Assembly: GCF_021151785.1 (NCBI RefSeq)
Contig: NZ_JAGKWP010000001.1
Coordinates: 337 to 64,336 of the forward strand
DNA length: 64,000 bases
Reading direction: 5' to 3'
Source: Flavobacterium sp.
Lineage (GTDB): Bacteria > Bacteroidota > Bacteroidia > Flavobacteriales > Flavobacteriaceae
Below are positions 7,767 to 18,154 of this stretch, in pieces. The position numbers and the translations under genes are program-made. Each line of letters begins with the position of its first letter. The first letter of the stretch is position 1. A model generated the notes under the pieces. It was given only the letters and a program-made list of their open reading frames with translations, did no database searches and was not told the origin of the DNA.

Positions 7767-7798
7767 AAAACGCATATTGAAATCAATATGCGTTTTTT
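7767..7798 (+). terminator. sdhCAB terminator
   Basis: AAAACGCATATTGA / TCAATATGCGTTTT inverted repeat with T tail. Confidence 0.85.
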
Positions 7799-7830
7799 AT
7801 TTATTAAATTTGTTAGTATAAGGATGTAAC

Positions 7831-8598
7831 ATGAAAGTAGCTTTAATACAAACTCATATCAAATGGGAGGATAAGGAGGCAAATTTACAGCACTATGAAC
7901 AATGGTTTACAACAATGGAAGAAGATGTGGATTTGGTTGTTTTTCCAGAAATGTTTACTAGTGGTTTTACTATGTCTCCTCAAAATGTGGCTGAATCAAA
8001 AGCGGGTTTTACATTAAAATGGTTAAAAAGTAAAGCGGCTCTTTTAAATGTAGCTATGACAGGTAGTTTGGTAATCAAGGAGGCAGAAAATTATTATAAC
8101 CGCTTGTTTTTTGTTTTCCCTGATGGTGAAGTTCAATTTTATGATAAGAGGCATTTGTTTACTTTGGCAGGAGAAGAAAAAGTATATACCTCTAACAAAA
8201 AAGAGAAGGTTATAATTCAATACAAGGGTTGGAAAATTTGCCCATTGATATGTTATGATCTTCGTTTTCCCGTTTATAGCCGAAATGTTGAGGATTATGA
8301 TTTGCTTCTTTATGTAGCGAATTGGCCAAAACAAAGAATGCAAGCTTGGGATATTTTGTTAAGAGCAAGGGCTGTTGAAAATTTATCTTATGTTGTTGGT
8401 GTAAACCGTGTAGGTTTTGATGGGAACGGATTAGAATATATTGGACATTCTCAAATAATTGATGAATTAGGCCATTTTGTACTACCCCCTTTTGAGGAAG
8501 AAGCAATTCAATATGCCTTGTTAGATAAAAATACAATGTTAGAAACAAGGACTAAATTAAATTTTTTAAAGGATAAAGATGAATTTTCACTTTTCTAA
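7831..8598 (+). CDS. Nitrilase-family amidohydrolase (omega-amidase/YafV-like)
   Basis: VFPEMF, YDKRHLF and ICYDLRFP give the Glu-Lys-Cys triad. Confidence 0.9.
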   Translation: MKVALIQTHIKWEDKEANLQHYEQWFTTMEEDVDLVVFPEMFTSGFTMSPQNVAESKAGFTLKWLKSKAALLNVAMTGSLVIKEAENYYNRLFFVFPDGEVQFYDKRHLFTLAGEEKVYTSNKKEKVIIQYKGWKICPLICYDLRFPVYSRNVEDYDLLLYVANWPKQRMQAWDILLRARAVENLSYVVGVNRVGFDGNGLEYIGHSQIIDELGHFVLPPFEEEAIQYALLDKNTMLETRTKLNFLKDKDEFSLF

Positions 8599-8651
8599 TA
8601 AAAATGCCCCAAAAAGCTTCAAATTTTTGAGGCATGTCTTTCAGTTTGGGC

Positions 8652-10259
8652 TTATTTATTCAATTCTAACACTTGATCTACATCCCAGTTAGCCCTTACA
8701 TCAATTTTTTCTGAAAAATAAATTAATTCTTCAGGTTGCTTTTTTTGTAAATAGTTACCAGTGTCCCAACTTCTGTTTTTGTTATCATCGTAGTAAATTC
8801 TAATCGTATATAAACTTGGTTTAATTCCTTCAAAGTTAATTTCGGTTTCTTTTTCACTGTAAAAATGATCAACAATAGTATTCTCATTAGCCAGTATTTC
8901 AACTACAAGAGGAAAACGTTTCACATTTTTCAACCGAAGTTTTAAATTACCAAAATCACTAATTTTCGCTGTTTTATAGGTAAAAGCTAAACTATCATTT
9001 TTATTGCCATAAATGTCTTCAATAGCTCCGGGAAGTAATTTTATGTTGTAGCTTTCATTTTCTTCTTTGGTAAAATCAAAAATGATGCTTTCATTATAAA
9101 TATCAGATAAAGTTTCAAAAGGAATTGATATACTATCCCTTTTTTTAAGCTGAATTTTGTCTTTATTGATTTTTGCTACAGGTGTACTCGTTTTTAATTT
9201 GACTAAATCTCTAAAGGTTAAATTTTGATTTTCATTTAATTTAATGGAGAGTGAGTCTGATATTTTCATTTTTTTCAGCTTTACAGAGAACTCTTTTTCA
9301 TAGTTTTCTGCTATAACTTTTAGCTGAAGAGAATCTTTAATGTTTTCAGGTAAAAATATTTGTAAAGTGTCTTTTTTTTCTTCTTTAGAATAATTGGTTA
9401 CAAAAAGAGGGATTTCTTTGTTGTCTTTTTTCCCTACAACTTTTATTTGTCTTTTTTCCCCTTCAAATCCTAAAAATAATTTGTTATTAGATTCTTGAGT
9501 TGGTTTAAAAAATTTTGCTTTTGTTTTTTCTTTAAATAGTTTGAGTAGGTAAGTTGAATCAGTAGGTATTTTTATTTTCTCCTTTCTAAAGGCTATTTTC
9601 TCTGTTTTAGGCTGAAATTTATAGTCGTTGTTTTTGTCTTTTAGGGCAATCAAGTAATATTCACCTGCTTTAATATTTTCAATGGTAAAAGAAGTATTTT
9701 TGTCAAGTGTGTTTGTAACATATCGAGGAACTTCTTTATAAATTGTTGAATCTTTAAATGTGGTAGCATCGTATAATTGAATATTTACATAGTCGTCAGC
9801 TTTGTTTTCAAAGGCATCCATAAATTTACCTGAAACTTTCAAAGAGTCAACAAAACTACCTGTAGAAAATACATATTTAAATTGGTTATAAGGATTTCCT
9901 TCGTTATAGTCTACAATACTTTGCCCAAAATTAAAACTATAAGTGGTATTAGGTTTTAATTCTTCATTCAGTTTAATAGAAATAAATTTGCTGGCACTTC
10001 CTTGAGGAGAAACCGTTGGTTTTTTGTCCATGGGAGGAGAAATAATTAATTGCTTGTTTACATCCTTGATTTTGATGTATTCACTAAAGTCAATTCTAAT
10101 TTCATTTCCATTGAAATTAGTTTCATAATTTTTTGGAACGCTTTTTACTAAAACAGGAGCGATTGTGTCTTTTGGACCGCCTGTGATTGTTCCGCGTTTA
10201 GCACAACTTGTTATAATAAAACCTAGTAATAGAGTTAGAAAAAAGTTTAGATTTTTCAT
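8652..10259 (-). CDS. Lipoprotein with N-terminal Ig-like domain
   Basis: Lipobox IITS-C, then AKRGTITGGPKDTIAP; start at ATG 10259. Confidence 0.85.
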   Translation of the reverse strand: MKNLNFFLTLLLGFIITSCAKRGTITGGPKDTIAPVLVKSVPKNYETNFNGNEIRIDFSEYIKIKDVNKQLIISPPMDKKPTVSPQGSASKFISIKLNEELKPNTTYSFNFGQSIVDYNEGNPYNQFKYVFSTGSFVDSLKVSGKFMDAFENKADDYVNIQLYDATTFKDSTIYKEVPRYVTNTLDKNTSFTIENIKAGEYYLIALKDKNNDYKFQPKTEKIAFRKEKIKIPTDSTYLLKLFKEKTKAKFFKPTQESNNKLFLGFEGEKRQIKVVGKKDNKEIPLFVTNYSKEEKKDTLQIFLPENIKDSLQLKVIAENYEKEFSVKLKKMKISDSLSIKLNENQNLTFRDLVKLKTSTPVAKINKDKIQLKKRDSISIPFETLSDIYNESIIFDFTKEENESYNIKLLPGAIEDIYGNKNDSLAFTYKTAKISDFGNLKLRLKNVKRFPLVVEILANENTIVDHFYSEKETEINFEGIKPSLYTIRIYYDDNKNRSWDTGNYLQKKQPEELIYFSEKIDVRANWDVDQVLELNK

Positions 10260-10360
10260 AAAAACGTTCAATTTTTTAGAAATAGATAAATGCATTTATT
10301 TCTATTTATTTGGCAAAGTAACAACTATATTCTTTTCCTTCATAACTATTTAATCAAAAA

Positions 10361-11065
10361 TTAAGATTGAGAATAAGCAATGGTTAATAGGCTTACTTTG
10401 CTATTTGGAATGGACAGAAGTTCCTTTGCGCAAGCTTCCAATGTTGCTCCTGTAGTAATAACATCATCAACTATTAGAAAATGTTTTCCATGAAGGGAAG
10501 CATCGAAAACAACTTCAAATGGAGTTGTACTCATTTCACTTCGTTCTTTCTTGTTTTTTTTAGTTTGAGATTTTGAATATGATATTCTCTTTAATATAGA
10601 ATTATCATAAGTAATGTTTAATTCTCTTGAAAGTGTTTGACAAAATGTATCTACTTGATTATATCCTCGTTCAAACAACCTTTTCTCATGAAGTGGAACA
10701 GGTATTATGAAATCTACTTTCCTTATTTTCTCGTTGGATTGTAAATGATAAGAAAACAACTCGCCTAAAAAAACACCAATGTCTTGTCTCTTTTTATATT
10801 TTAAATGGTGAATTAAGTTTTGAGTAATTCCGTTTTTGTGAAAATAAAGAAAAGAATAAGCAAATTCTAATGGTAGAATACCATAAAAATTTCGGTTGAT
10901 TTCATTTACACTTAATTCTTGATGTAATGTTAATGGAAGATTGTGTAAGCAATTTGAACATAAAACGTCTTCGTTTTTGAGTAATAATTGTTGACAACCC
11001 AAGCAATACGTGGGGTAAATTATTTTTAACAGATTTTTGTGTATTTTATCGAATAAATGAAGCAT
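10361..11065 (-). CDS. ComF-family phosphoribosyltransferase
   Basis: N-terminal CLGC/CSNC double zinc motif, RGYNQ, LIVDDVITTGATL. Confidence 0.92.
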   Translation of the reverse strand: MLHLFDKIHKNLLKIIYPTYCLGCQQLLLKNEDVLCSNCLHNLPLTLHQELSVNEINRNFYGILPLEFAYSFLYFHKNGITQNLIHHLKYKKRQDIGVFLGELFSYHLQSNEKIRKVDFIIPVPLHEKRLFERGYNQVDTFCQTLSRELNITYDNSILKRISYSKSQTKKNKKERSEMSTTPFEVVFDASLHGKHFLIVDDVITTGATLEACAKELLSIPNSKVSLLTIAYSQS

Positions 11066-11106
11066 TTGATTTTATTAATTTTATTTTTAAAGCAAAATTT
11101 AATTTA

Positions 11107-11910
11107 ATGTCTCGCAAAAACGACAATTCGAATCGATTAATCATATTCTTTTTATCACTATTAATAGTGGTATTGTTTTTTAAAGATTATAAAGATACTA
11201 TTTCTTCTAACAAAATTCAAAATAGTTTGAAAGAAGAAAATTACATAGCACAATCTCAATTATCAGAAATGATTGAGAAGTATGATTCTGTGTTAATTAA
11301 ATTAAATAGTAACAAATACAGTGCAGGAGCAAATAGAAATCAAAATAATGTTGATTTTAATAATTTATCTGGAAAATCGTTTTCTTCTATTGATGAACAA
11401 ATAACCGCAGTTAAAGATTCTATCTTTAGATTGAAAAATAGACTTAGACGTTTACAAACAGAAAGTAGATTAACTCAAAGAGAAAGAAAAAATCAAGAGA
11501 GTATTGAGAAAATTTCATCTGCAAGCAAACTTATTGTTTCTAACTTACAAGCAAGAGGGGTTAAATTTATAAAAGATAATTCAACAAACGCACAAAAGAA
11601 AGAAATCGAACAGATCAGAGTTTGTTTTTCATTTGAAGGAAATCAAATAGTGGATTATGGAAACAAAGAGTTGTTTGTACAAATTGTCAATCCAAAAAAT
11701 GAAATTGTTTCTAAAGATAATTTAGTATTTGAACAAAATAACACAACATTACGCTATAGTAAAAAAGTAGATTTCTTGTACAACAAGCAAATTACGGATG
11801 TTTGTACGTATGTTGATTTAGAAAAAAATAAAATTTATAAAGGACGCTACTTAGTAAATTTATATTCAGGCACAAAGAAAATAGGTTCTACAATCTTCAG
11901 CTATAATTAA
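11107..11910 (+). CDS. Membrane-anchored coiled-coil hypothetical protein
   Basis: N-terminal TM segment, coiled-coil middle, beta-rich C-terminus. Confidence 0.75.
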   Translation: MSRKNDNSNRLIIFFLSLLIVVLFFKDYKDTISSNKIQNSLKEENYIAQSQLSEMIEKYDSVLIKLNSNKYSAGANRNQNNVDFNNLSGKSFSSIDEQITAVKDSIFRLKNRLRRLQTESRLTQRERKNQESIEKISSASKLIVSNLQARGVKFIKDNSTNAQKKEIEQIRVCFSFEGNQIVDYGNKELFVQIVNPKNEIVSKDNLVFEQNNTTLRYSKKVDFLYNKQITDVCTYVDLEKNKIYKGRYLVNLYSGTKKIGSTIFSYN

Positions 11911-11947
11911 TTTACAAAAAAACTTTTCTTTATTCCGTTCCTATTTT

Positions 11948-11955
11948 TACTTTTG
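11948..11955 (+). promoter_or_regulatory. -7 promoter element 4 nt before the glyQS ATG (probably leaderless mRNA)
   Basis: TACTTTTG-CACT-ATG. Confidence 0.6.
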
Positions 11956-11959
11956 CACT

Positions 11960-13504
11960 ATGGCAAAACAAGAAGACTTATTTAAGAATGTAGTTTCGCA
12001 TGCAAAAGAGTACGGATTTATTTTTCCGTCAAGCGAAATTTATGATGGTTTGAGCGCAGTTTATGATTATGCTCAAAACGGGGTAGAATTAAAGAAAAAC
12101 ATCCGTGATTACTGGTGGAAATCAATGGTGCAAATGCACGAAAATATTGTTGGTATTGATGCGGCGATATTTATGCATCCTACTACTTGGAAAGCTTCTG
12201 GTCACGTAGATGCATTTAATGACCCATTAATCGATAATAAAGATTCTAAAAAAAGATACCGCGCCGATGTTTTAATTGAGGATTATGCCGAAAAATTAAA
12301 TCAAAAAGCACAAAAAGAAATCGAAAAAGCTAGAGGTCGTTTTGGTGATGCCTTTGATGAAGCACAATTTGTAGCGACTAATGAAAGAGTAAAAGGGTAT
12401 TTAGACCAAAAAAACAGCATTTTGCATCGTATGGCTAAAGGTCTAGAATCAGGTGATTTAGCAGATGTAAAAGCGTTAATTGAAGAATTGGAAATAGCTT
12501 GTCCAGAATCAGGTTCACGTAACTGGACAGAAGTGCGTCAGTTTAACTTAATGTTTGGTACAAAGTTAGGGGCTTCTGCAGATTCTGCTATGGATTTATA
12601 CCTTCGTCCAGAAACGGCACAAGGAATTTTTGTTAATTTCTTGAACGTTCAAAAAACTGGCCGTATGAAGATTCCTTTCGGAATTGCTCAAACAGGTAAA
12701 GCTTTCCGTAATGAAATTGTAGCTCGACAATTTATTTTCCGTATGCGTGAGTTTGAACAAATGGAAATGCAATTCTTTGTGAAGCCAGGTGAGGAAATGA
12801 AATACTACGAGTACTGGAAAGAAACACGTTTAAAATGGCATTTATCTCTTGGATTAGGTAAGGAAAATTACCGTTTTCATGATCATGAGAAATTAGCCCA
12901 TTATGCTAACGCTGCCGCTGATATTGAATTCAATTTCCCTTTCGGTTTTAAAGAACTAGAAGGCATTCATTCACGTACAGATTTTGACTTAAAAGCACAT
13001 GAACAATATTCAGGTAAGAAATTACAATATTTTGATACCGAAGAAAATAGAAATTATGTTCCATATGTAGTTGAAACGTCGGTTGGTTTAGATCGTATGT
13101 TCTTAGCGGTTTTCTCAAAAGCGTTACAAGAAGAAACATTAGAGGATGGTTCAACAAGAACAGTATTACGTTTACCAAGTGTGTTGGCACCTACAAAAGC
13201 AGCAGTCTTGCCTTTAGTTAAAAAAGATGGTTTACCAGAAGTAGCTAAAGAAATTGTGGAGGAATTAAAATGGGATTTCAATGTAGCTTATGACGAAAAA
13301 GATGCTGTAGGCCGTCGTTATCGTCGTCAAGATGCATTAGGAACGCCTTTCTGTATTACCGTTGACCATCAAACTTTAGAAGATAAAACGGTTACTATTC
13401 GTCATAGAGATTCTATGGAGCAAGCACGTGTAGCGATTGCCGATTTAAGAGGTATTATTGCAAATGAAGTGTCTATGCGCAATTGGCTGATGAAAATGAA
13501 GTAA
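11960..13504 (+). CDS. glyQS: Glycine--tRNA ligase (homodimeric type)
   Basis: YLRPETAQG, FRNEI, REFEQME and ETSVGLDR motifs. Confidence 0.96.
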   Translation: MAKQEDLFKNVVSHAKEYGFIFPSSEIYDGLSAVYDYAQNGVELKKNIRDYWWKSMVQMHENIVGIDAAIFMHPTTWKASGHVDAFNDPLIDNKDSKKRYRADVLIEDYAEKLNQKAQKEIEKARGRFGDAFDEAQFVATNERVKGYLDQKNSILHRMAKGLESGDLADVKALIEELEIACPESGSRNWTEVRQFNLMFGTKLGASADSAMDLYLRPETAQGIFVNFLNVQKTGRMKIPFGIAQTGKAFRNEIVARQFIFRMREFEQMEMQFFVKPGEEMKYYEYWKETRLKWHLSLGLGKENYRFHDHEKLAHYANAAADIEFNFPFGFKELEGIHSRTDFDLKAHEQYSGKKLQYFDTEENRNYVPYVVETSVGLDRMFLAVFSKALQEETLEDGSTRTVLRLPSVLAPTKAAVLPLVKKDGLPEVAKEIVEELKWDFNVAYDEKDAVGRRYRRQDALGTPFCITVDHQTLEDKTVTIRHRDSMEQARVAIADLRGIIANEVSMRNWLMKMK

Positions 13505-13521
13505 AAATATAAGTTTAATAG

Positions 13522-13555
13522 AAATCCCGAAACAATCAAGTTTCGGGATTTTTTA
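13522..13555. terminator. Terminator between convergent glyQS and VOC genes
   Basis: AAATCCCGAAAC-aatcaa-GTTTCGGGATTT. Confidence 0.85.
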
Positions 13556-13915
13556 TTGTGCTGTACCAAACTGTAATAAATATCCATTGTTATCATACAA
13601 AGCAAATTCTTTCATGCCCCATTCAAAAACTTCTGGAGGATAACAAATTTTTGCTTTATCTTTAATTTCCTCCCAAAGCTTATCCACCTCAGTTACTTCA
13701 AAGTATAAACTGCCTGAAAAACCAATTTTCTCAATAGATGTATGTTCATTAGGTAGTGCTAGCATGAGGTTGACTTCCTCTTTTGTTAAAGAAGCCCAGC
13801 CCCAATCTACATTTTTTTCATCTAATTTGAATCCTAAAACAGTACAATAAAAAGTAATGCTTTCTTCTAGACTATTAGTCCAAAGAATGGGACGAATTGA
13901 TTTAAATTGTGTCAT
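13553..13915 (-). CDS. VOC/glyoxalase/bleomycin-resistance family protein
   Basis: FYCTVLGF and WGMKEFALYDNNGYLLQFG. Confidence 0.88.
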   Translation of the reverse strand: MTQFKSIRPILWTNSLEESITFYCTVLGFKLDEKNVDWGWASLTKEEVNLMLALPNEHTSIEKIGFSGSLYFEVTEVDKLWEEIKDKAKICYPPEVFEWGMKEFALYDNNGYLLQFGTAQ

Positions 13916-14963
13916 TGTTTTCCTCTAAAGCATTCCAACCTCTTGCCTTTAAACCAATTTTGGTATTGGCCCGAGTAATAAGGTGTGCGCCTTCATTTTC
14001 GGCAACCATATGACCTATTACAGTAAAATTTGGGTTGTGTTTAATTTTATTGTAATCTTCCATTTTAATAGTAAACAATAATTCATAATCTTCTCCACCA
14101 TTTAAAGCAATGGTTGTAATGTCTAAATTGAATTCTTCGCAAACATTGATTAATTGAGGATCTACAGGAATTTTTTCTTCAAATAAATTACATCCCACGT
14201 TTGATTGTTTACATAAATGTAGGATTTCAGAGGATAATCCGTCTGAAATATCAATCATAGCTGTGGGTTTTATTTCTAATTTTTCTAAAATACCTTTTAT
14301 GTCCTTACGTACTTCAGGTTTTAATTGACGTTCAATTAAATAGGTGTAATCGTCTAATATTGGTTGATTGTTTGGATTTACTTGGAATACTTGCTTTTCG
14401 CGTTCTAGTACTTGTAAGCCCATATAAGCTGCTCCTAAATCTCCAGAAACCACCAATAAATCTCCAACATTTGCGCCATTTCTATAAGTTAGGTCTTCTA
14501 ACAGTGCTTCTCCAATAGCCGTAATACTTATGATTAAACCTTTTTGAGAAGAAGTTGTGTCACCTCCTATAACATCTACGTTATAAATTTCAGATGCAAG
14601 TGTAATACCAGCCATTAATTCTTCTAAGGCTTCTAATGGGAAACGATTAGAAACGGCTAAAGAAACCGTAATTTGTGTAGGAATGGCATTCATCGCACAT
14701 ATGTCAGATACATTAGCTACAACCGCTTTATACCCCAAGTGTTTTAAGGGCATATAACTCAAATCAAAGTGAACACCTTCTACCAATAAATCGGTTGAAA
14801 TAACGGCTTTTTTATCTTTAAAATCTAGAACTGCTGCATCATCACCTATGCTTTTTAAAGTGCTTTCTTGGTTAATTTTGAAGTGCTTGGTTAAGTGTTC
14901 TATCAAACCAAATTCGCCTAAAGAAGCAATACTCGTTCTTTTTTGATTTTTATCTTCTAACAT
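13902..14963 (-). CDS. thiL: Thiamine-phosphate kinase
   Basis: GEFGLI, IGDDAAV, DISDGL, GGEDYELLFT. Confidence 0.95.
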   Translation of the reverse strand: MLEDKNQKRTSIASLGEFGLIEHLTKHFKINQESTLKSIGDDAAVLDFKDKKAVISTDLLVEGVHFDLSYMPLKHLGYKAVVANVSDICAMNAIPTQITVSLAVSNRFPLEALEELMAGITLASEIYNVDVIGGDTTSSQKGLIISITAIGEALLEDLTYRNGANVGDLLVVSGDLGAAYMGLQVLEREKQVFQVNPNNQPILDDYTYLIERQLKPEVRKDIKGILEKLEIKPTAMIDISDGLSSEILHLCKQSNVGCNLFEEKIPVDPQLINVCEEFNLDITTIALNGGEDYELLFTIKMEDYNKIKHNPNFTVIGHMVAENEGAHLITRANTKIGLKARGWNALEENNDTI

Positions 14964-15272
14964 AATGTTTCAAGTTTGCGCAAAGATAAGGCTTTTTGAA
15001 GCCATCTAAAAGGGATTGTTTTCTTAATATTTTGGCGCGGAAGTTAACATTTAAATAATGCCAATACTAGTTTCATTTAACATAGTGATTTTAGATTTGC
15101 CATGTAAAATAAGATAGAATAAAAATGTTTTATAGTTAGATTAATAGTAGTAGTTTTTTTGTTATAGTAGTATTGGCGATTAAGTTGTGTTTTTTGTTAG
15201 TACTTATACAGCACTTGTGAAAGAACGATTAACGGAGATAAGATCGATGTCTTTAGACAAGACTGTAATAAG

Positions 15273-15297
15273 AAGGTTGGGTTTTCCAGCCTTTTTT
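15273..15297. terminator. Hairpin directly after the recX stop
   Basis: AAGGTTGG-gtttt-CCAGCCTT. Confidence 0.6.
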
Positions 15298-15760
15298 ATT
15301 GGGTTAATTCAGTTAATTTATCATAAATTAAATGGGATTCATAGCCTTTTCTTAAAAGGAAGTCTACCCACTTTTTGTTTTTTTTGGTGCTGTTTTTTTC
15401 TGTAATACTATTCCAATGTTTTTCTGCTAGTTCATTAAAATTTTGAATATACAATTCTTCGGGGATTTCTTGTAAAGCAAGTTCAATGTTTTTACTTGAA
15501 ATTTCTCTGGCTTTCAGCTCGATATTAATTCTTTTTTTGCCCCACTTTTTATAATTGTGTTTTCCCCGAACAAAACTTTTTGCAAAACGTTCTTCATTGA
15601 TATAATTATTCTCAATTAAGAAAATCATGATTTGTTCTTTAGCTTCAGGAATTAAATGGAAACTTTTTAATTTTACTTCTACTTCTTTATAGCAACGATC
15701 TTGGTAGCTACAATAGTATTCCATTTTACTTCGAATTTCTTCAAGGTTATAACTTTTCAA
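15296..15760 (-). CDS. recX: Regulatory protein RecX
   Basis: YCSYQDRC, NEERFAKSFVRGK, LLRKGY. Confidence 0.93.
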   Translation of the reverse strand: MKSYNLEEIRSKMEYYCSYQDRCYKEVEVKLKSFHLIPEAKEQIMIFLIENNYINEERFAKSFVRGKHNYKKWGKKRINIELKAREISSKNIELALQEIPEELYIQNFNELAEKHWNSITEKNSTKKNKKWVDFLLRKGYESHLIYDKLTELTQ

Positions 15761-15831
15761 CTTTTATTTTACTTTTGAATCAAAATATTTTACTAAATTA
15801 TAAATTAATTTTGTTTGTTTTGGATAAATAA

Positions 15832-15856
15832 AAAGCCTCTTAATTTAAGAGGCTTT
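15832..15856 (-). terminator. pyrH-frr terminator
   Basis: AAAGCCTCTTA-att-TAAGAGGCTTT. Confidence 0.8.
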
Positions 15857-15877
15857 GCTATTTTCTTTATTAAAGCA

Positions 15878-16444
15878 TTATACTTTCATGATTTCTGCTT
15901 CTTTAACAGCTAATAATTCATCAATCTTTTTGATATAACTATCTGTTAATTTTTGAATATCTTCTTCTGCTTTTTTACAAACATCTTCAGAAGTTCCATT
16001 TTTTTCTTCTTTTTTAATATCTGTATTGGCATCTTTTCTAGCATTTCTTATCCCAATTTTTGCGTCTTCTGCCTCTGATTTTGCTTGTTTTACTAGGTCA
16101 CGACGGCGTTCCTCTGTTAAAGGTGGAATGTTAATAATAATGTTTTCTCCATTATTCATTGGGTTCAATCCTAGATTTGCAATCATAATTGCTTTTTCAA
16201 TAGGTTGTAACATGTTTTTTTCCCAAGGTGTAACGGTTAATGTTCTTGCGTCTGCAGCATTAATATTAGCCACTTGAGAAATTGGTGTTTGAGAACCATA
16301 ATAATCTACAAAAACACCTCCTAACATTTGAGGAGAGGCTTTTCCCGCTCTAATGTTTAAGAATTCTTTTTCTAAGTGTGCAATAGAACCATTCATAGAT
16401 TCTTTAGCACTATCAATGATAAAGTTAATTTCTTCGGTCATCAT
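15878..16444 (-). CDS. frr: Ribosome recycling factor
   Basis: IRAGKASP, IPPLTEERR, IRNARKDAN. Confidence 0.97.
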   Translation of the reverse strand: MMTEEINFIIDSAKESMNGSIAHLEKEFLNIRAGKASPQMLGGVFVDYYGSQTPISQVANINAADARTLTVTPWEKNMLQPIEKAIMIANLGLNPMNNGENIIINIPPLTEERRRDLVKQAKSEAEDAKIGIRNARKDANTDIKKEEKNGTSEDVCKKAEEDIQKLTDSYIKKIDELLAVKEAEIMKV

Positions 16445-16471
16445 GTTATTTTTTAATCGAATATTTTATAT

Positions 16472-17179
16472 TTAGATAGTTACTGTTGTACCAACGGTTT
16501 CTCCTTCACAAACTTTTAATAAGTTACCAGATTTATTCATATCAAATACGATAATGGGTAATTTATTTTCTTGACTTAAGGTGAAAGCTGTTGTATCCAT
16601 TACATTTAGTCCTTTTGCTAATACATCTTCAAAAGAAATTTGATCAAATTTAATGGCATTAACGTCTTTTTCTGGATCAGCCGTGTAAACGCCATCTACA
16701 CGTGTTCCTTTTAAAATTACATCTGCATTAACTTCAATTCCTCTTAGAACAGCTGCGGTATCTGTTGTAAAATAAGGATTTCCAGTTCCTGCTCCGAAAA
16801 TTACAATTCTTCCTTTTTCTAAATGACGTGTTGCTCTTCTTTTGATATAAGGCTCAGCAATAGCTTCAATTTTCAACGCAGTTTGTAAACGAGTTTGCAT
16901 ACCCGCATTTTCTAGAGCACCCTGTAAAGCCATGCCGTTGATTACGGTTGCTAACATGCCCATGTAATCTCCTTGAACACGATCCATACCATTACTCGCT
17001 CCAGCTACACCTCTAAAAATATTTCCTCCACCTATAACGATAGCAATTTCAACCCCTTTATCATGAATTTGTTTAATTTCTGCTGCATATTCAGCTAAAC
17101 GCTTTGGGTCAATACCATATTGTCTTTCCCCCATTAGAGCTTCTCCGCTCAATTTTAAAAGAATTCTTTTATACTTCAT
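16472..17179 (-). CDS. pyrH: Uridylate kinase
   Basis: [26 protein letters not shown]. Confidence 0.97.
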   Translation of the reverse strand: MKYKRILLKLSGEALMGERQYGIDPKRLAEYAAEIKQIHDKGVEIAIVIGGGNIFRGVAGASNGMDRVQGDYMGMLATVINGMALQGALENAGMQTRLQTALKIEAIAEPYIKRRATRHLEKGRIVIFGAGTGNPYFTTDTAAVLRGIEVNADVILKGTRVDGVYTADPEKDVNAIKFDQISFEDVLAKGLNVMDTTAFTLSQENKLPIIVFDMNKSGNLLKVCEGETVGTTVTI

Positions 17180-17283
17180 AATAAATTAAGGTTTGTTTTT
17201 GAGCACATTATATGCTATGGTTGTGTTGAATTTTATGTTGCAAATATAAATATATTCTATTTCAAAAAAAATGTAGTTTCATA

Positions 17284-18066
17284 TTATCCTTTCTGAGATG
17301 TATAAGATTTTTTTGCTTCCTCATAGCCTAAATGAAAAATAAGATCCATTTTGTTTTTATTTGTTTCAAAAGTGCTAAAATTGGCTAATTCCTTAGGTTC
17401 AATAATCCAATTACACAAACTAAATTTTTGATAGTTACCATGAGCATATAACAAATCGAATGCTCTTGAAGTTACTGATTTTATTGTCTTTAAATCTTCT
17501 TTTACTATGTTTTGAATTGGACTAACATAAATGCCAATGATGGTATCGCATTTTCCTTGTAATATATCTGTTGGGAAATGATTTAAAATGCCACCATCAC
17601 TATATAATTTACCATTAATCTCATAAGGAGACAAGACGCCAGGAAAAGAAGAAGAAGCTAAAACAGCATCAATTAATAAGGTTTCTGGTGGAAAAACTTT
17701 TAATTTACCTTTGACTAAATCAGTAGCAGTTATATGTAAATTAATAGGTAAATCACCAATTTTAGTAGTTCCAAAAATAGCTTTGAAATAAGTTTTAAAG
17801 GAGTCAGAGTCAATAATTCCTGGTTTTTTTAAAGTGAAATGTTTCCAATGAAAAAAATAAATAGATTTAAAAAACTCAAGTATTTCTTCAGGCTTTTTAC
17901 CAAAACAGTATAAAGCTGCGACTATAGCACCAGCACTTGTACCTGCCATTTCGCTTGGAATGAGGTTTTGTTCAGATAAAAATTGTAAAGCTCCAGCATG
18001 AGCAATCCCCTTGGAACCTCCTCCAGAAAGTACAATACCAAGTGATTTAGAGGGTAAATTTATCAT
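17284..18066 (-). CDS. Patatin-like phospholipase
   Basis: GGGSKG, GTSAG and DGG motifs. Confidence 0.92.
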   Translation of the reverse strand: MINLPSKSLGIVLSGGGSKGIAHAGALQFLSEQNLIPSEMAGTSAGAIVAALYCFGKKPEEILEFFKSIYFFHWKHFTLKKPGIIDSDSFKTYFKAIFGTTKIGDLPINLHITATDLVKGKLKVFPPETLLIDAVLASSSFPGVLSPYEINGKLYSDGGILNHFPTDILQGKCDTIIGIYVSPIQNIVKEDLKTIKSVTSRAFDLLYAHGNYQKFSLCNWIIEPKELANFSTFETNKNKMDLIFHLGYEEAKKSYTSQKG

Positions 18067-18154
18067 GCGTAACAAATATTACAATTAATTATCAAAGTTA
18101 AATGTAAATTTGATACCAAATTCAAAAAAACATCTTTTTTGTAAATAAATTGTT

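Noticed and set aside
14964-15405. 72-aa ORF at 15187-15405 or an sRNA in the thiL-recX gap
   Set aside because: The ORF overlaps recX antisense and is low-complexity; the hairpin is explained as the recX terminator; no recognisable RNA motif.
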